A program made the translations under genes and the position numbers. The notes beneath the pieces are model-generated. The model did no database searches. It was given only the letters and a program-made list of their open reading frames with translations, and had not been told where the DNA came from. A stretch of 64,000 nt of DNA from positions 4,833 through 68,832 of the forward strand of contig VSCH01000014.1 in assembly GCA_047459075.1 (NCBI GenBank), in the 5' to 3' direction. Origin of the DNA: Acidimicrobiia bacterium. Its GTDB lineage: Bacteria > Actinomycetota > Acidimicrobiia > Acidimicrobiales > VFJN01. Of the stretch, positions 1-9,458 are shown one piece after another (within the stretch, counting starts at the first letter, position 1; every line of letters starts with the position of its first letter).

Positions 1-701
1 GCCTGGGGGTCGGCGTCCGGCCCCGGGCGCAGGGCCATGAAGCCGCCGCCGGTGGCGGCCGTCGACACGAAGCCGTTGGCGCCCTTGCGGAAGGCGACCA
101 CCGCCTGCAGCCAGAAGACGACGGTGCTGAGCCGCAGGGGGACGACCAGCGTGCCGCCGGGTCGCAGCTGGTCGAACCACGCCCGGGGCACGGCCTCGGT
201 GCTGGCGGTGGCGATGACCGCGTCGTACGGCGCGCCCGGCGGCCAGCCCCGGGCGCCGTCGCCGACCTCGACGCGCGCCCCGGCGCCGGCGGTCAGCAGC
301 GCCCGGCGGGCGGCCACCGCGGTGTCGGCGTCGACGTCGACGGAGACGACCGTGCCCTCCTCGCCGACGAGGTGGGCCAGCAGCGCCGCGTTGTAGCCCG
401 TCCCGGCGCCGATCTCGAGCACCCGCTGCCCGGGGCGGACCCCGAGCATCTCGAGCATCCGGGCCATGATCGCCGGCTGCGACGACGACGACAGCGGCGT
501 GCCGGCGGCGTCGCGCCGGGTGACGATCGGCTCGTCCCGGTACACCGCGGCCAGCCCGTGGCGCTGGGCGTGCTCGGCGAGGAAGAGCTCCCGTGGCACC
601 GCCTCGAAGGCGGCCGCCACCCGGTCGTCCCGGAGGTGGCCCTGCTCGCGCAGCGCCTGCACCAGCTCGCGGCGCAGCCTGGTGCTGGTCCCGGACGCCA
701 T
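1..701 (-). CDS. protein-L-isoaspartate O-methyltransferase-family SAM methyltransferase (3' end runs off the window)
   Basis: Absent from the ORF track because it has no stop in the window. Reverse-strand translation from ATG at 701 gives MASGTSTRLRRELVQALREQGHLRDDRVAAAFEAVPRELFL...SSSQPAIMARMLEMLGVRPGQRVLEIGAGTGYNAALLA, with PCMT-type N-terminus and SAM motif I. GC3 is high. Confidence 0.8.
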   Translation of the reverse strand, partial: MASGTSTRLRRELVQALREQGHLRDDRVAAAFEAVPRELFLAEHAQRHGLAAVYRDEPIVTRRDAAGTPLSSSSQPAIMARMLEMLGVRPGQRVLEIGAGTGYNAALLAHLVGEEGTVVSVDVDADTAVAARRALLTAGAGARVEVGDGARGWPPGAPYDAVIATASTEAVPRAWFDQLRPGGTLVVPLRLSTVVFWLQAVVAFRKGANGFVSTAATGGGFMALRPGPDADPQ

Positions 702-781
702 GGGGGCGATCGTAGGCCCGGGGGGCGCGAGGCCCGCGGGACCCGCGGCCGCCCTCCCGGGCGCCGAGCGGCGGACGGCGC

Positions 782-1633
782 TCAGCCGCCGGGCCCGCCG
801 ACCTCGAGCACGGCCGTGACCGGCAGGTGGTCGGAGATCACACCGAAGCGGGTGACCTCCTCCCCCTGCGGGATGCGCACCTCGGCGGCCTCGACGCCCT
901 CGCCGAGGTAGACGAAGTCGAGCTGCTGGGTGGGCGGCTCGGTCGTGCCCCGCCGCCAGCCGTGCCAGTTGGTGGGCAGCCGGTCGGCGCCGCGGCGGGG
1001 CCTCGTGGCGGCGGGCCCGTCCGGCCCGTCGGCCACCCCGACGGTGGGCCCGTCCGGCCCGTCGGCGGCCCCCGAGACCACCGGGGGGTCCGGCGCGCCG
1101 GCGGCGATGGCCGAGGCGTCCCGCAGGCCCGCGGCGGCGAAGCGGTGGTGGAGCTCCCCGCCCGGGCGCTCGTTGAGGTCGCCGCAGACGACCACCGGCC
1201 CGGGGGTCCGGGCGACGTGGTCGAGCACCGCGGCGGCCTCGACGGTCCGCAGCGTCGACAGGTCGTGGGGCGAGAGGTGCAGGTTGACGACGGTGAGGGG
1301 CGGCGCGCCGTGGACGCTGCCGGCCTGGAGGAGGCGGCGGCGCCAGCTGAGCACCCGCCACCGCGCCGTCAGCGCCCGGGCCCGCACGCTTACCGGCCGG
1401 TCGACCCCGATGATCGCCATGCCCTCGGGCCAGGTCCGCACGGGCCAGTGCTTGAAGCTCCAGCCGCAGGACCGGGCGCCCAGCGCCCGGGCGATGCGGC
1501 GGGCCTGGTGCCACTGGACCTCCTGCAGGCAGACGAGGTCGGCCCCCTCGGCGCGCAGGTGGTCGGCGACGGCCTGCGCGTCCGGGTCCTCGGCGCCCTT
1601 CAGGTTCCAGGTGACGAGGGTCGTCGTCGCCAC
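782..1633 (-). CDS. endonuclease/exonuclease/phosphatase (EEP) family protein
   Basis: Motifs seen: TWNLKG, DLVCLQEV, VCGDLNE, ISDHLPV. The ORF-track N-terminus is an Arg/Pro shadow. I chose GTG at 1633 (VATTTLVTWNL), which overlaps the upstream PAP2 stop. Confidence 0.75.
   Translation of the reverse strand: MATTTLVTWNLKGAEDPDAQAVADHLRAEGADLVCLQEVQWHQARRIARALGARSCGWSFKHWPVRTWPEGMAIIGVDRPVSVRARALTARWRVLSWRRRLLQAGSVHGAPPLTVVNLHLSPHDLSTLRTVEAAAVLDHVARTPGPVVVCGDLNERPGGELHHRFAAAGLRDASAIAAGAPDPPVVSGAADGPDGPTVGVADGPDGPAATRPRRGADRLPTNWHGWRRGTTEPPTQQLDFVYLGEGVEAAEVRIPQGEEVTRFGVISDHLPVTAVLEVGGPGG
1013..1066. repeat. 33-bp in-frame tandem duplication inside the EEP gene
   Basis: gggcccgtccggcccgtcggc occurs at 1013-1033 and again at 1046-1066. 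It encodes the duplicated peptide ADGPDGP...ADGPDGP in a surface insertion. Confidence 0.8.
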
Positions 1634-2355
1634 GACTCGCCGAGCAGGCGGCAGGGGTGGCGGGCGTGCTGGCGGATGAGCAGCGCCTCGATCCCCAGCA
1701 GGAAGAACGCCCCCACGATCAGGCCGCCCGTCACGTCGGAGAACCAGTGGACACCGAGGTAGACACGGCTGGCGGCGATGCCGGCCACCAGGGCGGCGGC
1801 GATCGCCACCGAGGCCCACCACACGGCCCGCCGGTGGGTGTAGAGGGACACGACCACCGGCATCAGGCCCCACAGCGCCACGGCCGCCATGACGTGGCCG
1901 CTCGGGAACGACGGGCCGTTGCCCGCGACGAGGCGCTCGAAGTCCGGCCGCTCACGGTCGACGAGCGCCTTGACGGTGAACTCGACCACCGGCCGGCTGA
2001 CGGTGGCCACCAGCACGGCGGTGCCGACGGCCCGGCAGCGGCGCCAGGCCACGACCGCGGTCACCGCGCCGAGCACCAGCACCGGGATGGTCGAGCCCAG
2101 GCGGGAGATGTTCAGGAAGAGGTCGTCGAGGAAGGCCGTGCGCCGGGACTCGACGCTGCGCTGGATCGGCTCGTCCCAGGTCAGCAGCAGCTCACCGCCC
2201 CACAGGGCGGCGCCGGTGGCGAGCGTCACGAAGGCGGCGAACAGCCCGGCGACGAGCCGGGGCCGGGACAGCAGGACCGAGGACGGCGTGGCCGGGAGCT
2301 CGGCGTGGAGGTGCCCGGCGAGAGCCGGGACGGCCGTGGTGGTCGTCTGGTCCAT
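1600..2355 (-). CDS. PAP2-family phosphatase (membrane)
   Basis: SFPSGH and SRVYLGVHWFSD acid-phosphatase motifs with several hydrophobic helices. Start set at ATG 2355 (MDQTTTTAVPALAG); upstream of it the ORF is Arg/Pro shadow sequence. Confidence 0.8.
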   Translation of the reverse strand: MDQTTTTAVPALAGHLHAELPATPSSVLLSRPRLVAGLFAAFVTLATGAALWGGELLLTWDEPIQRSVESRRTAFLDDLFLNISRLGSTIPVLVLGAVTAVVAWRRCRAVGTAVLVATVSRPVVEFTVKALVDRERPDFERLVAGNGPSFPSGHVMAAVALWGLMPVVVSLYTHRRAVWWASVAIAAALVAGIAASRVYLGVHWFSDVTGGLIVGAFFLLGIEALLIRQHARHPCRLLGESWRRRPSSPGT

Positions 2356-2462
2356 GTGCGGCGGCGGTGTACCGGGATCGTCTCGCCGGCGTCCCGGCGG
2401 GTCATGGGATCCGGCGGCACCAGTGAACCAGGCCCGCGCGCGACGGGCAACCGGTCGCGCGC

Positions 2463-2876
2463 TCAGGCGGGGCGCCGGGCCTCGCGCTCGGCCTGGGGCA
2501 GCGAGCAGGCCGCCGTGCCCCCCGGCATCCGGTGCCGGTTGCGGGCCACCCACCGGTAGACGGGCCACGCCACCCACAGCACCGGCCGCAGCCCCAGCAG
2601 CCGGCCGAGGGGGCGCCAGTACGAGCCGGCGTCGACCAGCATCCGGGCGATCGCCTCGGGGCCGTGGCGGGTGGGCTCGCCGGGCGCCACCCACACGACC
2701 GCCTCCTCGGCCTGGGCCTGCGTGACCCCGAGCGCGTCGAGGTCGGCGAACTGCCAGGGCACCACCCGGGCGGAGGTGGGGATGCGGCGCTCGATGAAGG
2801 TCGCGCAGCTGGTGCAGAAGGAGCAGTCGCCGTCGTAGAGGAACACCGGGGACGGCGGGGGCGCGGCGTCGGTCAC
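2463..2876 (-). CDS. DCC1-like thiol-disulfide oxidoreductase (DUF393 family)
   Basis: VFLYDGDCSFCTSCATFIERR CxxC motif and WVAWPVYRWVARNRHR tail. Start GTG 2876. Confidence 0.7.
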   Translation of the reverse strand: MTDAAPPPSPVFLYDGDCSFCTSCATFIERRIPTSARVVPWQFADLDALGVTQAQAEEAVVWVAPGEPTRHGPEAIARMLVDAGSYWRPLGRLLGLRPVLWVAWPVYRWVARNRHRMPGGTAACSLPQAEREARRPA

Positions 2877-2904
2877 GCCGCCATTGTGGCGGCCGGCGGC
2901 CGGA

Positions 2905-4122
2905 TCAGGTCGCCGGCGGCAGGGCCGGGTCGGCCAGCGCCTGGCCGAGGGCGGCGATGCCCGCCTCGAGCTGGGCGTCCGACAGGTAGGGCGCGGGTCC
3001 CAGCCGCAGCACGTCGCCACGGCTGTCGGTGGCGACGCCCCGGTCCCGCAGCGCCTGCTGCAGGCGGGCCGCGTGCGGCGTCCGCAGCGCGAGGAAGCCG
3101 CCGAGCGCGTCCAGCGGTGCGTCGCGGTCGCGGGTGGCCAGCCGGTCGTCCACCCCCAGCGCGTCGAAGCCGGCCGCGAGCACGGCGAGCTGGCGCTGGT
3201 ACGAGCGGCGCAGCAGCTCGGGGGTCAGCCCCTGCTCGGCGAAGAACCGCAGCACCCGGGCCGCCCGGTAGTGGCTGGTCGGGTCGTAGGTGGCGCCGGC
3301 GAAGCGGCCGGCGCCGCGCGGGTAGGCGACCCGGCCGGGGTCGTGGTGGGCGGCCAGCTCACCGAACTCGGCGAACCAGCCGGTGACGACGGGCCGGAAC
3401 CGGTCGGCCTGCGGCGGCAGGCGCAGGAAGCAGTTGCCCTCGCCGAGCTGCAGGTACTTGTAGCCGCCGCCGGTGACCCACGCCGAGCCCAGGCCCAGCT
3501 CGTGCACCGGCAGCGGGACCGGCCCCAGCGCGTGGTACGCGTCGACGACCAGCTCGGCGCCCCGCCGCTCGCACGCCGCGGCCAGCCCGTCGAGGTGGGG
3601 CACGATGCGGGCCGAGGCGAACAGCACGGCGGAGACCAGCACGGCGGCGGTGCGGTCGTCGACCGCGGCGGCCAGCCGCTCGGCCAGCGTGCCGGCCGGC
3701 TCGGCGGGCACGAGCACGACCTCGACGCCGCCCTCGGCCAGCCGGGCGAGCTGGCGGCGCAGGCTGTGGAACTCGCCGTCGGTCGACACGAGCCGGGGGC
3801 GGGTGCCGCCGAGGTCGAGGGCGGAGAGCAGGCGCACGACCAGCTCGTGCGTGCTGGCCCCCAGGGCGATCTCCGCCCCGGGGTCGGCGAGCAGCCGCCG
3901 GAACCCCGCGCGCACCTCGTCGGCGACCGCGAGGGCCCGGTCCCACTTGTCGTCGACCAGCGCGGCGGCGTCCTCCAGGGCGGCGAGCTGGCCCTCGGCG
4001 GCCACGTCCGGCCACGCCTGGTGGGAGTGGCCGGTGAGCAGCACCCGTTCCTCCACCCGGAACCGGCGGTAGTGCCGGGCCAGCGGGTTGGGCGACGCCG
4101 CGAGGTCCTCGGCGGTGATCAC
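2905..4122 (-). CDS. kynU: kynureninase (PLP-dependent, class V aminotransferase fold)
   Basis: Sequence LLTGHSHQAWPD...DAYHALGPVPL...TGGGYKYLQLGEG...ATYDPTSHYRAARVLRFF is kynureninase-like. GTG 4122 overlaps the kynA stop as GTGA. The ORF-track N-terminal 219 aa are shadow. Confidence 0.8.
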   Translation of the reverse strand: MITAEDLAASPNPLARHYRRFRVEERVLLTGHSHQAWPDVAAEGQLAALEDAAALVDDKWDRALAVADEVRAGFRRLLADPGAEIALGASTHELVVRLLSALDLGGTRPRLVSTDGEFHSLRRQLARLAEGGVEVVLVPAEPAGTLAERLAAAVDDRTAAVLVSAVLFASARIVPHLDGLAAACERRGAELVVDAYHALGPVPLPVHELGLGSAWVTGGGYKYLQLGEGNCFLRLPPQADRFRPVVTGWFAEFGELAAHHDPGRVAYPRGAGRFAGATYDPTSHYRAARVLRFFAEQGLTPELLRRSYQRQLAVLAAGFDALGVDDRLATRDRDAPLDALGGFLALRTPHAARLQQALRDRGVATDSRGDVLRLGPAPYLSDAQLEAGIAALGQALADPALPPAT

Positions 4123-4910
4123 AGCCGGCTCCGGATGGCCCACAGGTCGGGGAACATCGGCTGCCACAGGGTCGAGCGGAGGTAGTCGGCGCCGGAGGAG
4201 CCGCCGGTGCCGCCGCGGGTGCCGATGGTCCGCTCGACCATCTTCACGTGGCGGTAGCGCCACTCCTGCAGGCCCTCGTCGAGGTCGACCAGCCGCTCGG
4301 CCACCATCGCCGGCCCGCCGTCGTCCCGGTGGACCTGCAGCAGCACCTCCTGGACCTCGGGGTCGGGGCGCCAGCGCCGGCCGACGTGGCGGTCGAGCAC
4401 CGCCCGGGGCACGTCGTAGCCCCGGACGTGCAGGTAGCGGAGGAACGAGTCGAACAGCGACGGCCGCTCCATCGCCGCCTCGATCCGGGCCCGCTCGAGC
4501 GAGTCCGGGGCGTAGGCGTCGAGCACGCTGCGGTCCCGCCGCCCGAGCACGGCCTCGAGCTCGCGGAACTGGGCCGACTGGAACCCGCTCGCCCGGTCGA
4601 GCCGGTCGCGGAAGCCGAGGAACTGGCGGGGCGTCATCGTCTCCAGGACGTCGACCTGGGCGACGGCGACCTTCAGCACCGTCAGCACCCGCTTCAGCGT
4701 GTGGAGCGCGTGCGCCGTGTCCCCCGCCGCCAGCCGGTCCTGCAGGTGGGCCAGCTCGTGCAGGAGCTGCTTGAACCACAGCTCGTAGACCTGGTGGACG
4801 ACGATGAACAGCATCTCGTCGTGCTCGTCCGAGCGGGGGCGCTGGGCGGCGAGCAGCTCGTCGAGCGCGAGGTACGACGAGTAGGTGAGGGCGGGCGAGC
4901 GGTCGGTCAT
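4119..4910 (-). CDS. kynA: tryptophan 2,3-dioxygenase
   Basis: LTYSSYLALDELLAAQRPRSDEHDEMLFIVVHQVYELWFKQLLHEL...WRYRHVKMVERTIGTRGGTGGSSGADYLR is the canonical bacterial TDO sequence pattern. Confidence 0.9.
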   Translation of the reverse strand: MTDRSPALTYSSYLALDELLAAQRPRSDEHDEMLFIVVHQVYELWFKQLLHELAHLQDRLAAGDTAHALHTLKRVLTVLKVAVAQVDVLETMTPRQFLGFRDRLDRASGFQSAQFRELEAVLGRRDRSVLDAYAPDSLERARIEAAMERPSLFDSFLRYLHVRGYDVPRAVLDRHVGRRWRPDPEVQEVLLQVHRDDGGPAMVAERLVDLDEGLQEWRYRHVKMVERTIGTRGGTGGSSGADYLRSTLWQPMFPDLWAIRSRL

Positions 4911-5031
4911 GGCCTCACCTCCCGGGGTCCGGCCGGCGGCCGCCGGCCGTCGACGGGCGCCGGCCGGAGCGTAGAGGCCGGCCGGGCGGCGCGCCCCCGG
5001 TCGCGGGCGAGCGGCGCCCCGGCCGGCCGGG

Positions 5032-6864
5032 TCAGCCCCGGACGTCGGACCAGCGCCGCACCACCTGGACGTCGACGACGAAGCGCACGTCGGTGCCGGG
5101 TGCCCACCGGCCCGCCGCCTCGTCCAGGCACGCGGCGACGACCCGGGCCACCTCGTCGCCCTGGTCCGCCGGCGCGTGCACGAGCAGCTCGTCGTGCAGG
5201 CACAGGACGATGCGGGCGCCGAGCGGCGCCGCCCGGGCCCGCACGGTCACGGCCCACATCTTGAACAGCTCCGCCGCCGCGCCCTGCACGAGGGCGTTGC
5301 GCCCGTAGCGCCCCCGGGCGGCGGCCCGCCGCCGGGCCTCGCGCTCGTCGAGGCGGCGCTCGTCTCCGGCTCCCAGCCGCACGAGCCGGCCGCCGTAGGT
5401 GCGGACGTCCCGGCCCATCCGGCCGGCCTCGTCGCCCGCGGCCAGGTAGGCCATGGCCACCGGGTAGGCGGCCTCCAGCCGCCGGAGGACCTGGGCCCCC
5501 CGCCCGGTGGTCTGCCCGTACATCGCCCCGAGCATCGCCACCTTGGCCGTCTCCCGGTCGACCCCGAGGCTGCGGGCCACCGGCGCGTAGAGGTCGTCGG
5601 TCGCGCACGCCGCGGCCAGCGCCCGGTCGCCGGAGACGGCGGCGAGCACGCGGGGCTCGATCTGCCCGAGGTCGGCGCGCACGAACACGTGGCCGGGCTC
5701 GGCGACGACCGCGCCCCGCAGCTCGGCCGGGAGGTTGTGCAGGCCGGCGGTGGCGGTCATCCGGCCGGCGGCGCCGTCGCTGGCCGTCCACTCGCCCCGG
5801 AGCCGGCCGTCGGCGCCCAGGTGGCGATCGAGCCAGCCGTAGCCGTAGGTCGTGGCGACCCGCTCGGCCTTGCGCCAGGCGAGGAGCGCCTCGACGACCG
5901 GGTGGCGGTCGCGCAGCGCCTCGAGCCGCCACGCCCGGGTGTCGGCGACCTCGATGCCGACCCGGCGCAGCAGCGAGCGCACCTGCCCGGGGCTGCGCAG
6001 GTCGACCTCGAGCCCGGGCACGTGGCGCAGCACCTCGGCGTCACGCCGGGCCCGCTGGGCGGCGGCCTCGGCCTCCGAGCGGGCCCGGGGCCCGACGACG
6101 GCGGCGATGATCCGCTCGGCCTCGGCCCGGTCGACCGGCAGGCCGTCGGCGGCCAGCTCGGCGCAGAGCAGCTCGGCCGTCGACTCCGACCGGGCGACCG
6201 CCGCGGCCACGGGCCGGTCGAGCTGGCGGAGGCGCTCCTGCTGGCGCTCGGCCGCGGCCAGCGCGGCCGCCGCCCAGGCGGCCAGCCGGTCGGGCGCGGC
6301 CGCCCAACCGCCGTCGACCCAGGTCGCCTTCAGGTGGCCGTCACGCCGGACCGGCCCGTCGGCGGCGCCGTCGCCCCCGCCGTCCTCGTCGAGGTCGGCG
6401 GCCACGCTCCACAGGTCGGGCGGGCCGGTCGGGGCCGCGTCGAGCGGCAGCCCCTGGGCCCGGGCCCAGACGACGGCCGGGTCGACCCGCCACCCGCCGT
6501 GCAGCAGGCGGTCGACCGCCGCCAGGTCCCAGCACGTCGCCACCCGCACCCCCGCGGCCACGAGCCGGACGGCCGTGCCGGCGTCCCACCAGACCCAGCG
6601 GGGCCGCAGCACCCGCTCCACCTCGTCGACGACCGACGCCGGGTCGGCGTCGGCCGCCGGCACCGCCAGCCGGCGCCCGGCCGCCGCCATCCCGACCCCG
6701 GCGGCGGCGTCGACGGCGAGGGCGACCGGCGCGCCGCGGCGCACGCCGGCCCGGCGCAGCTCCTCGACGGCCTGCGGCCCGCCGGCGAGCAGCACGACCG
6801 CCGGGCCCTCGGCCGCCGGACCGCCCGTGCCGCCGGGTGACAGGGGGTGGCCAGGCCGCCGCAC
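5032..6864 (-). CDS. family-A DNA polymerase paralogue (no 5'-nuclease domain, degenerate 3'-5' exonuclease-like N-terminus)
   Basis: Motif A DLGQIEPRVLA, motif B RETAKVAMLGAMYG, motif C CLHDELLV. The start is uncertain. GTG 6864 was chosen because the divergent gene starts at 6913. Confidence 0.75.
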   Translation of the reverse strand: MRRPGHPLSPGGTGGPAAEGPAVVLLAGGPQAVEELRRAGVRRGAPVALAVDAAAGVGMAAAGRRLAVPAADADPASVVDEVERVLRPRWVWWDAGTAVRLVAAGVRVATCWDLAAVDRLLHGGWRVDPAVVWARAQGLPLDAAPTGPPDLWSVAADLDEDGGGDGAADGPVRRDGHLKATWVDGGWAAAPDRLAAWAAAALAAAERQQERLRQLDRPVAAAVARSESTAELLCAELAADGLPVDRAEAERIIAAVVGPRARSEAEAAAQRARRDAEVLRHVPGLEVDLRSPGQVRSLLRRVGIEVADTRAWRLEALRDRHPVVEALLAWRKAERVATTYGYGWLDRHLGADGRLRGEWTASDGAAGRMTATAGLHNLPAELRGAVVAEPGHVFVRADLGQIEPRVLAAVSGDRALAAACATDDLYAPVARSLGVDRETAKVAMLGAMYGQTTGRGAQVLRRLEAAYPVAMAYLAAGDEAGRMGRDVRTYGGRLVRLGAGDERRLDEREARRRAAARGRYGRNALVQGAAAELFKMWAVTVRARAAPLGARIVLCLHDELLVHAPADQGDEVARVVAACLDEAAGRWAPGTDVRFVVDVQVVRRWSDVRG

Positions 6865-6912
6865 AGGTCGCAGACTAGGAGGCGAGAGGCCCGACGACCC
6901 CGGGGGTGCCTC

Positions 6913-7629
6913 ATGACCCGACACGACGGCCCCGTGCCCGAGCTGGTCCCCCAGCTGTCCCGCGGCAAGCACCGCAACCCGAGGAAGGGCGCCTGCTTCA
7001 TGGAGCTGGCCTCGTTCCTGGCCGGTGAGCGGTGGAGCGACCACCCGGCCTGCACGCACCCCCTGCTCGCCGCGCTCGCCCGGCTGGTCAACGACCACAC
7101 CTCCGACGCCGGGCGCCGCGAGCTCGCGCCCCTCGTCCCGTCGGTGATCGGGCTGAACGGCGACGACCCCGCCGTCGACGTGCAGGTCACCCTCCGGGCC
7201 GCGACGACGGCGCTGCCGGTCGTCGCCGCCGAGCGGCAGCGGGTGCTCGCCGTGTCGATCCTGGCCGCCGAGCGCATGCGCGACGACCTCGAGGGCCGGC
7301 CCCCGGGGACGCTGAGCCCCGGGAGCCGGTGGGCGCTCGCCCAGGCGCCGGACGCCGAGCGGTGGGCCCGCAGCTTCACCCGCGAGATCCGCACCAGCCT
7401 CAAGGGCTTCCGCCGCTACGCCGCCGCCAACACGCTGCGCCAGGCGGTCGTCGGGGTGGCCCAGGCCTGCATCCCCGACCCCGACCGCGTGCTGCGCGAG
7501 ATGCTCACCGCCGCCATCGACGACTGCCGCCGCATCCTCGGCCACGGCGACCGGGCCGCCGTGGCGGTCGACCCGGCGTCGTGGCGGGCGGCGGTCGAGC
7601 TGACCACCACCGGCCGGGCCGCCCGCTAG
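6913..7629 (+). CDS. conserved hypothetical protein with an N-terminal Cys/His motif
   Basis: ATG 6913. GKHRNPRKGACFMELASFLAGERWSDHPACTHPLL followed by a helical Ala/Arg-rich body. GC3 is high. I cannot assign a family. Confidence 0.6.
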   Translation: MTRHDGPVPELVPQLSRGKHRNPRKGACFMELASFLAGERWSDHPACTHPLLAALARLVNDHTSDAGRRELAPLVPSVIGLNGDDPAVDVQVTLRAATTALPVVAAERQRVLAVSILAAERMRDDLEGRPPGTLSPGSRWALAQAPDAERWARSFTREIRTSLKGFRRYAAANTLRQAVVGVAQACIPDPDRVLREMLTAAIDDCRRILGHGDRAAVAVDPASWRAAVELTTTGRAAR

Positions 7630-7654
7630 GCGCGGCCCGGCCCGCGGCCGGCCC

Positions 7655-8599
7655 TCAGCCCTCCTCGCGGACCAGCTCGGCCATCTCCGAGATCGTCGAG
7701 ATCCCGAGCTCGTCGGCGCGCTCCTCGGTCATGGCGATGGCGTAGGTGTTGTTGAACGGCGCCGGCGGGAGCCACGCGACGCCGTTGGCCTCGTCCGCGG
7801 CCTGCAGGGCCTCGTACTGCTCGTCGACGTCGGGGATGGCCTCGGTGTTGTCGAGGTAGGTCACCCAGCCCGTGCCGAGGTACTCCCAGTACATGTCGAT
7901 GTCGCCGGAGAGCAGCGCCTCCCGGACGGTCGTGCTGCCGACCAGGCCCGTCCGGTCCCGGACGTCCGCCCCGGCCTCCTCCAGCACGAGCATGGTCAGG
8001 TGGCCGAGGATGAGCTGCTCGGTGAACTCCTTCGACCCGACGGTGAACGACGCGCCGGACAGGTCGACGTCCTCGACCAGGTCCGAGTTCTCGTCGAGCC
8101 AGGCCCGGGCGACGTCCTCCGGGTCCTCGCCCTCGACGTCGACCTGGGCGTTCAGCTCGACCATCGTCTCGTCGTCGAGCACCTCGGAGATGGGGGCGAA
8201 CAGCTCCTCGAGCTCGGGGTTGGCCTCCAGCACGTCGGCACGCACGGTGAGCGAGCCGTTGAACGGCGGGAAGAAGCCCTCGTCGTCCTCCAGGACGGTC
8301 AGCCCCAGGGCGCCGACCCGCCCGTCGGTGGCGAAGATCGAGCCGAACGTGCAGTTCCCGGCGTCGACCTCGCTGTAGACCAGGGCGTCCTCGTCGAGGG
8401 CGGTGACGGCGTCGGCCGGGAACTCGAAGTCGTAGGCCTCCTCCAGCCCGGGGAGCCCGTCGGGGCGGGTGGCGAACTCGCCGCCGACGCAGATCGACAC
8501 GTCGGCGGCGTCGCCGCCGCCGTCGCCGCAGCCGGCCGCGAGCAGCGCCGCCGCGGACAGCGCCGCGAGGCCGCTCGTCAGTCTGCGCGTGGTGTGCAT
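7655..8599 (-). CDS. glycine betaine/choline-type ABC transporter substrate-binding lipoprotein
   Basis: Signal peptide plus lipobox (LLAAGCGDGG). OpuAC-like body, and last gene of the ABC operon. Confidence 0.8.
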   Translation of the reverse strand: MHTTRRLTSGLAALSAAALLAAGCGDGGGDAADVSICVGGEFATRPDGLPGLEEAYDFEFPADAVTALDEDALVYSEVDAGNCTFGSIFATDGRVGALGLTVLEDDEGFFPPFNGSLTVRADVLEANPELEELFAPISEVLDDETMVELNAQVDVEGEDPEDVARAWLDENSDLVEDVDLSGASFTVGSKEFTEQLILGHLTMLVLEEAGADVRDRTGLVGSTTVREALLSGDIDMYWEYLGTGWVTYLDNTEAIPDVDEQYEALQAADEANGVAWLPPAPFNNTYAIAMTEERADELGISTISEMAELVREEG

Positions 8600-8645
8600 G
8601 TGGTCTCTTCCTCCTGGTCGCGGCCGTGGCGGCGGGGCGGGACGC

Positions 8646-9458
8646 TCAGGTCCCCTTCGGTCGGAGGAGGTCCTCGACGATCCCCGCGATCCAGTCCAGG
8701 GCGAGCGCGACGACCGCGGTCAGGACGCTGCCGGTGACGAGGACCGGCGTCCGGTCGTGGATGTTGCCCTGGTTGATGATCCAGCCCAGGCCGCCGGCGC
8801 CGATGAACGTCGCCAGCGCGGCGGTCCCGACGTTGATGACCAGCGCCGTGCGGATGCCCGCGAGCATGACGGGCACGGCGAGCGGCAGCTCGATGCGCAG
8901 CAGCACCTGGCGCGCGGTCATCCCCATGCCCCGACCGGCCTCGATGAGCGACCGGTCGACCTGGTCGAGCCCGACCATCGTGTTCCGCAGGACCGGCAGC
9001 ACGGCGTACAGCACGAGCGCCGTGATCGCCTGCTCGAAGCCGATCCCGACGACGACGGCGAGCAGCACGAGGATGCCGATCGACGGGATCGACTGGCCGA
9101 CGTTCGCGACCGCGAGGACCGCGGGCGCGAGCCGGCGGGTGGCCGGGCGCGTGACCAGCATCCCCAGCGGGACGGCGATGACGATCACGAAGAACGTCGA
9201 CACCGCGGTGAGCTCGAGGTGCTCGAGGACGCGCTGGCGGATCATGGGGGCGTTGAGCGCCGCCTCCTCGATGCGGTCGAGGTCCTGCCCCTGGACGTAG
9301 ACGTAGAGCGCAGCGCAGACGCCGGCGAGCACGACCGGCGTGCCGACCCACCGCCACAGCGGGGACGGGCCGCCCAGCTCCTCGACGAGCTCCTCGGCGG
9401 CGAGGGCGTCGCCGGCGCCGGCGACGTCGCCGCCGCGGTCGACGGTGGGGGCGGTCAC
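8646..9458 (-). CDS. ABC transporter permease (OpuC/ProW type)
   Basis: Multi-helix hydrophobic protein of BPD-transporter type. Its GTG start abuts the ATPase stop. Confidence 0.8.
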   Translation of the reverse strand: MTAPTVDRGGDVAGAGDALAAEELVEELGGPSPLWRWVGTPVVLAGVCAALYVYVQGQDLDRIEEAALNAPMIRQRVLEHLELTAVSTFFVIVIAVPLGMLVTRPATRRLAPAVLAVANVGQSIPSIGILVLLAVVVGIGFEQAITALVLYAVLPVLRNTMVGLDQVDRSLIEAGRGMGMTARQVLLRIELPLAVPVMLAGIRTALVINVGTAALATFIGAGGLGWIINQGNIHDRTPVLVTGSVLTAVVALALDWIAGIVEDLLRPKGT

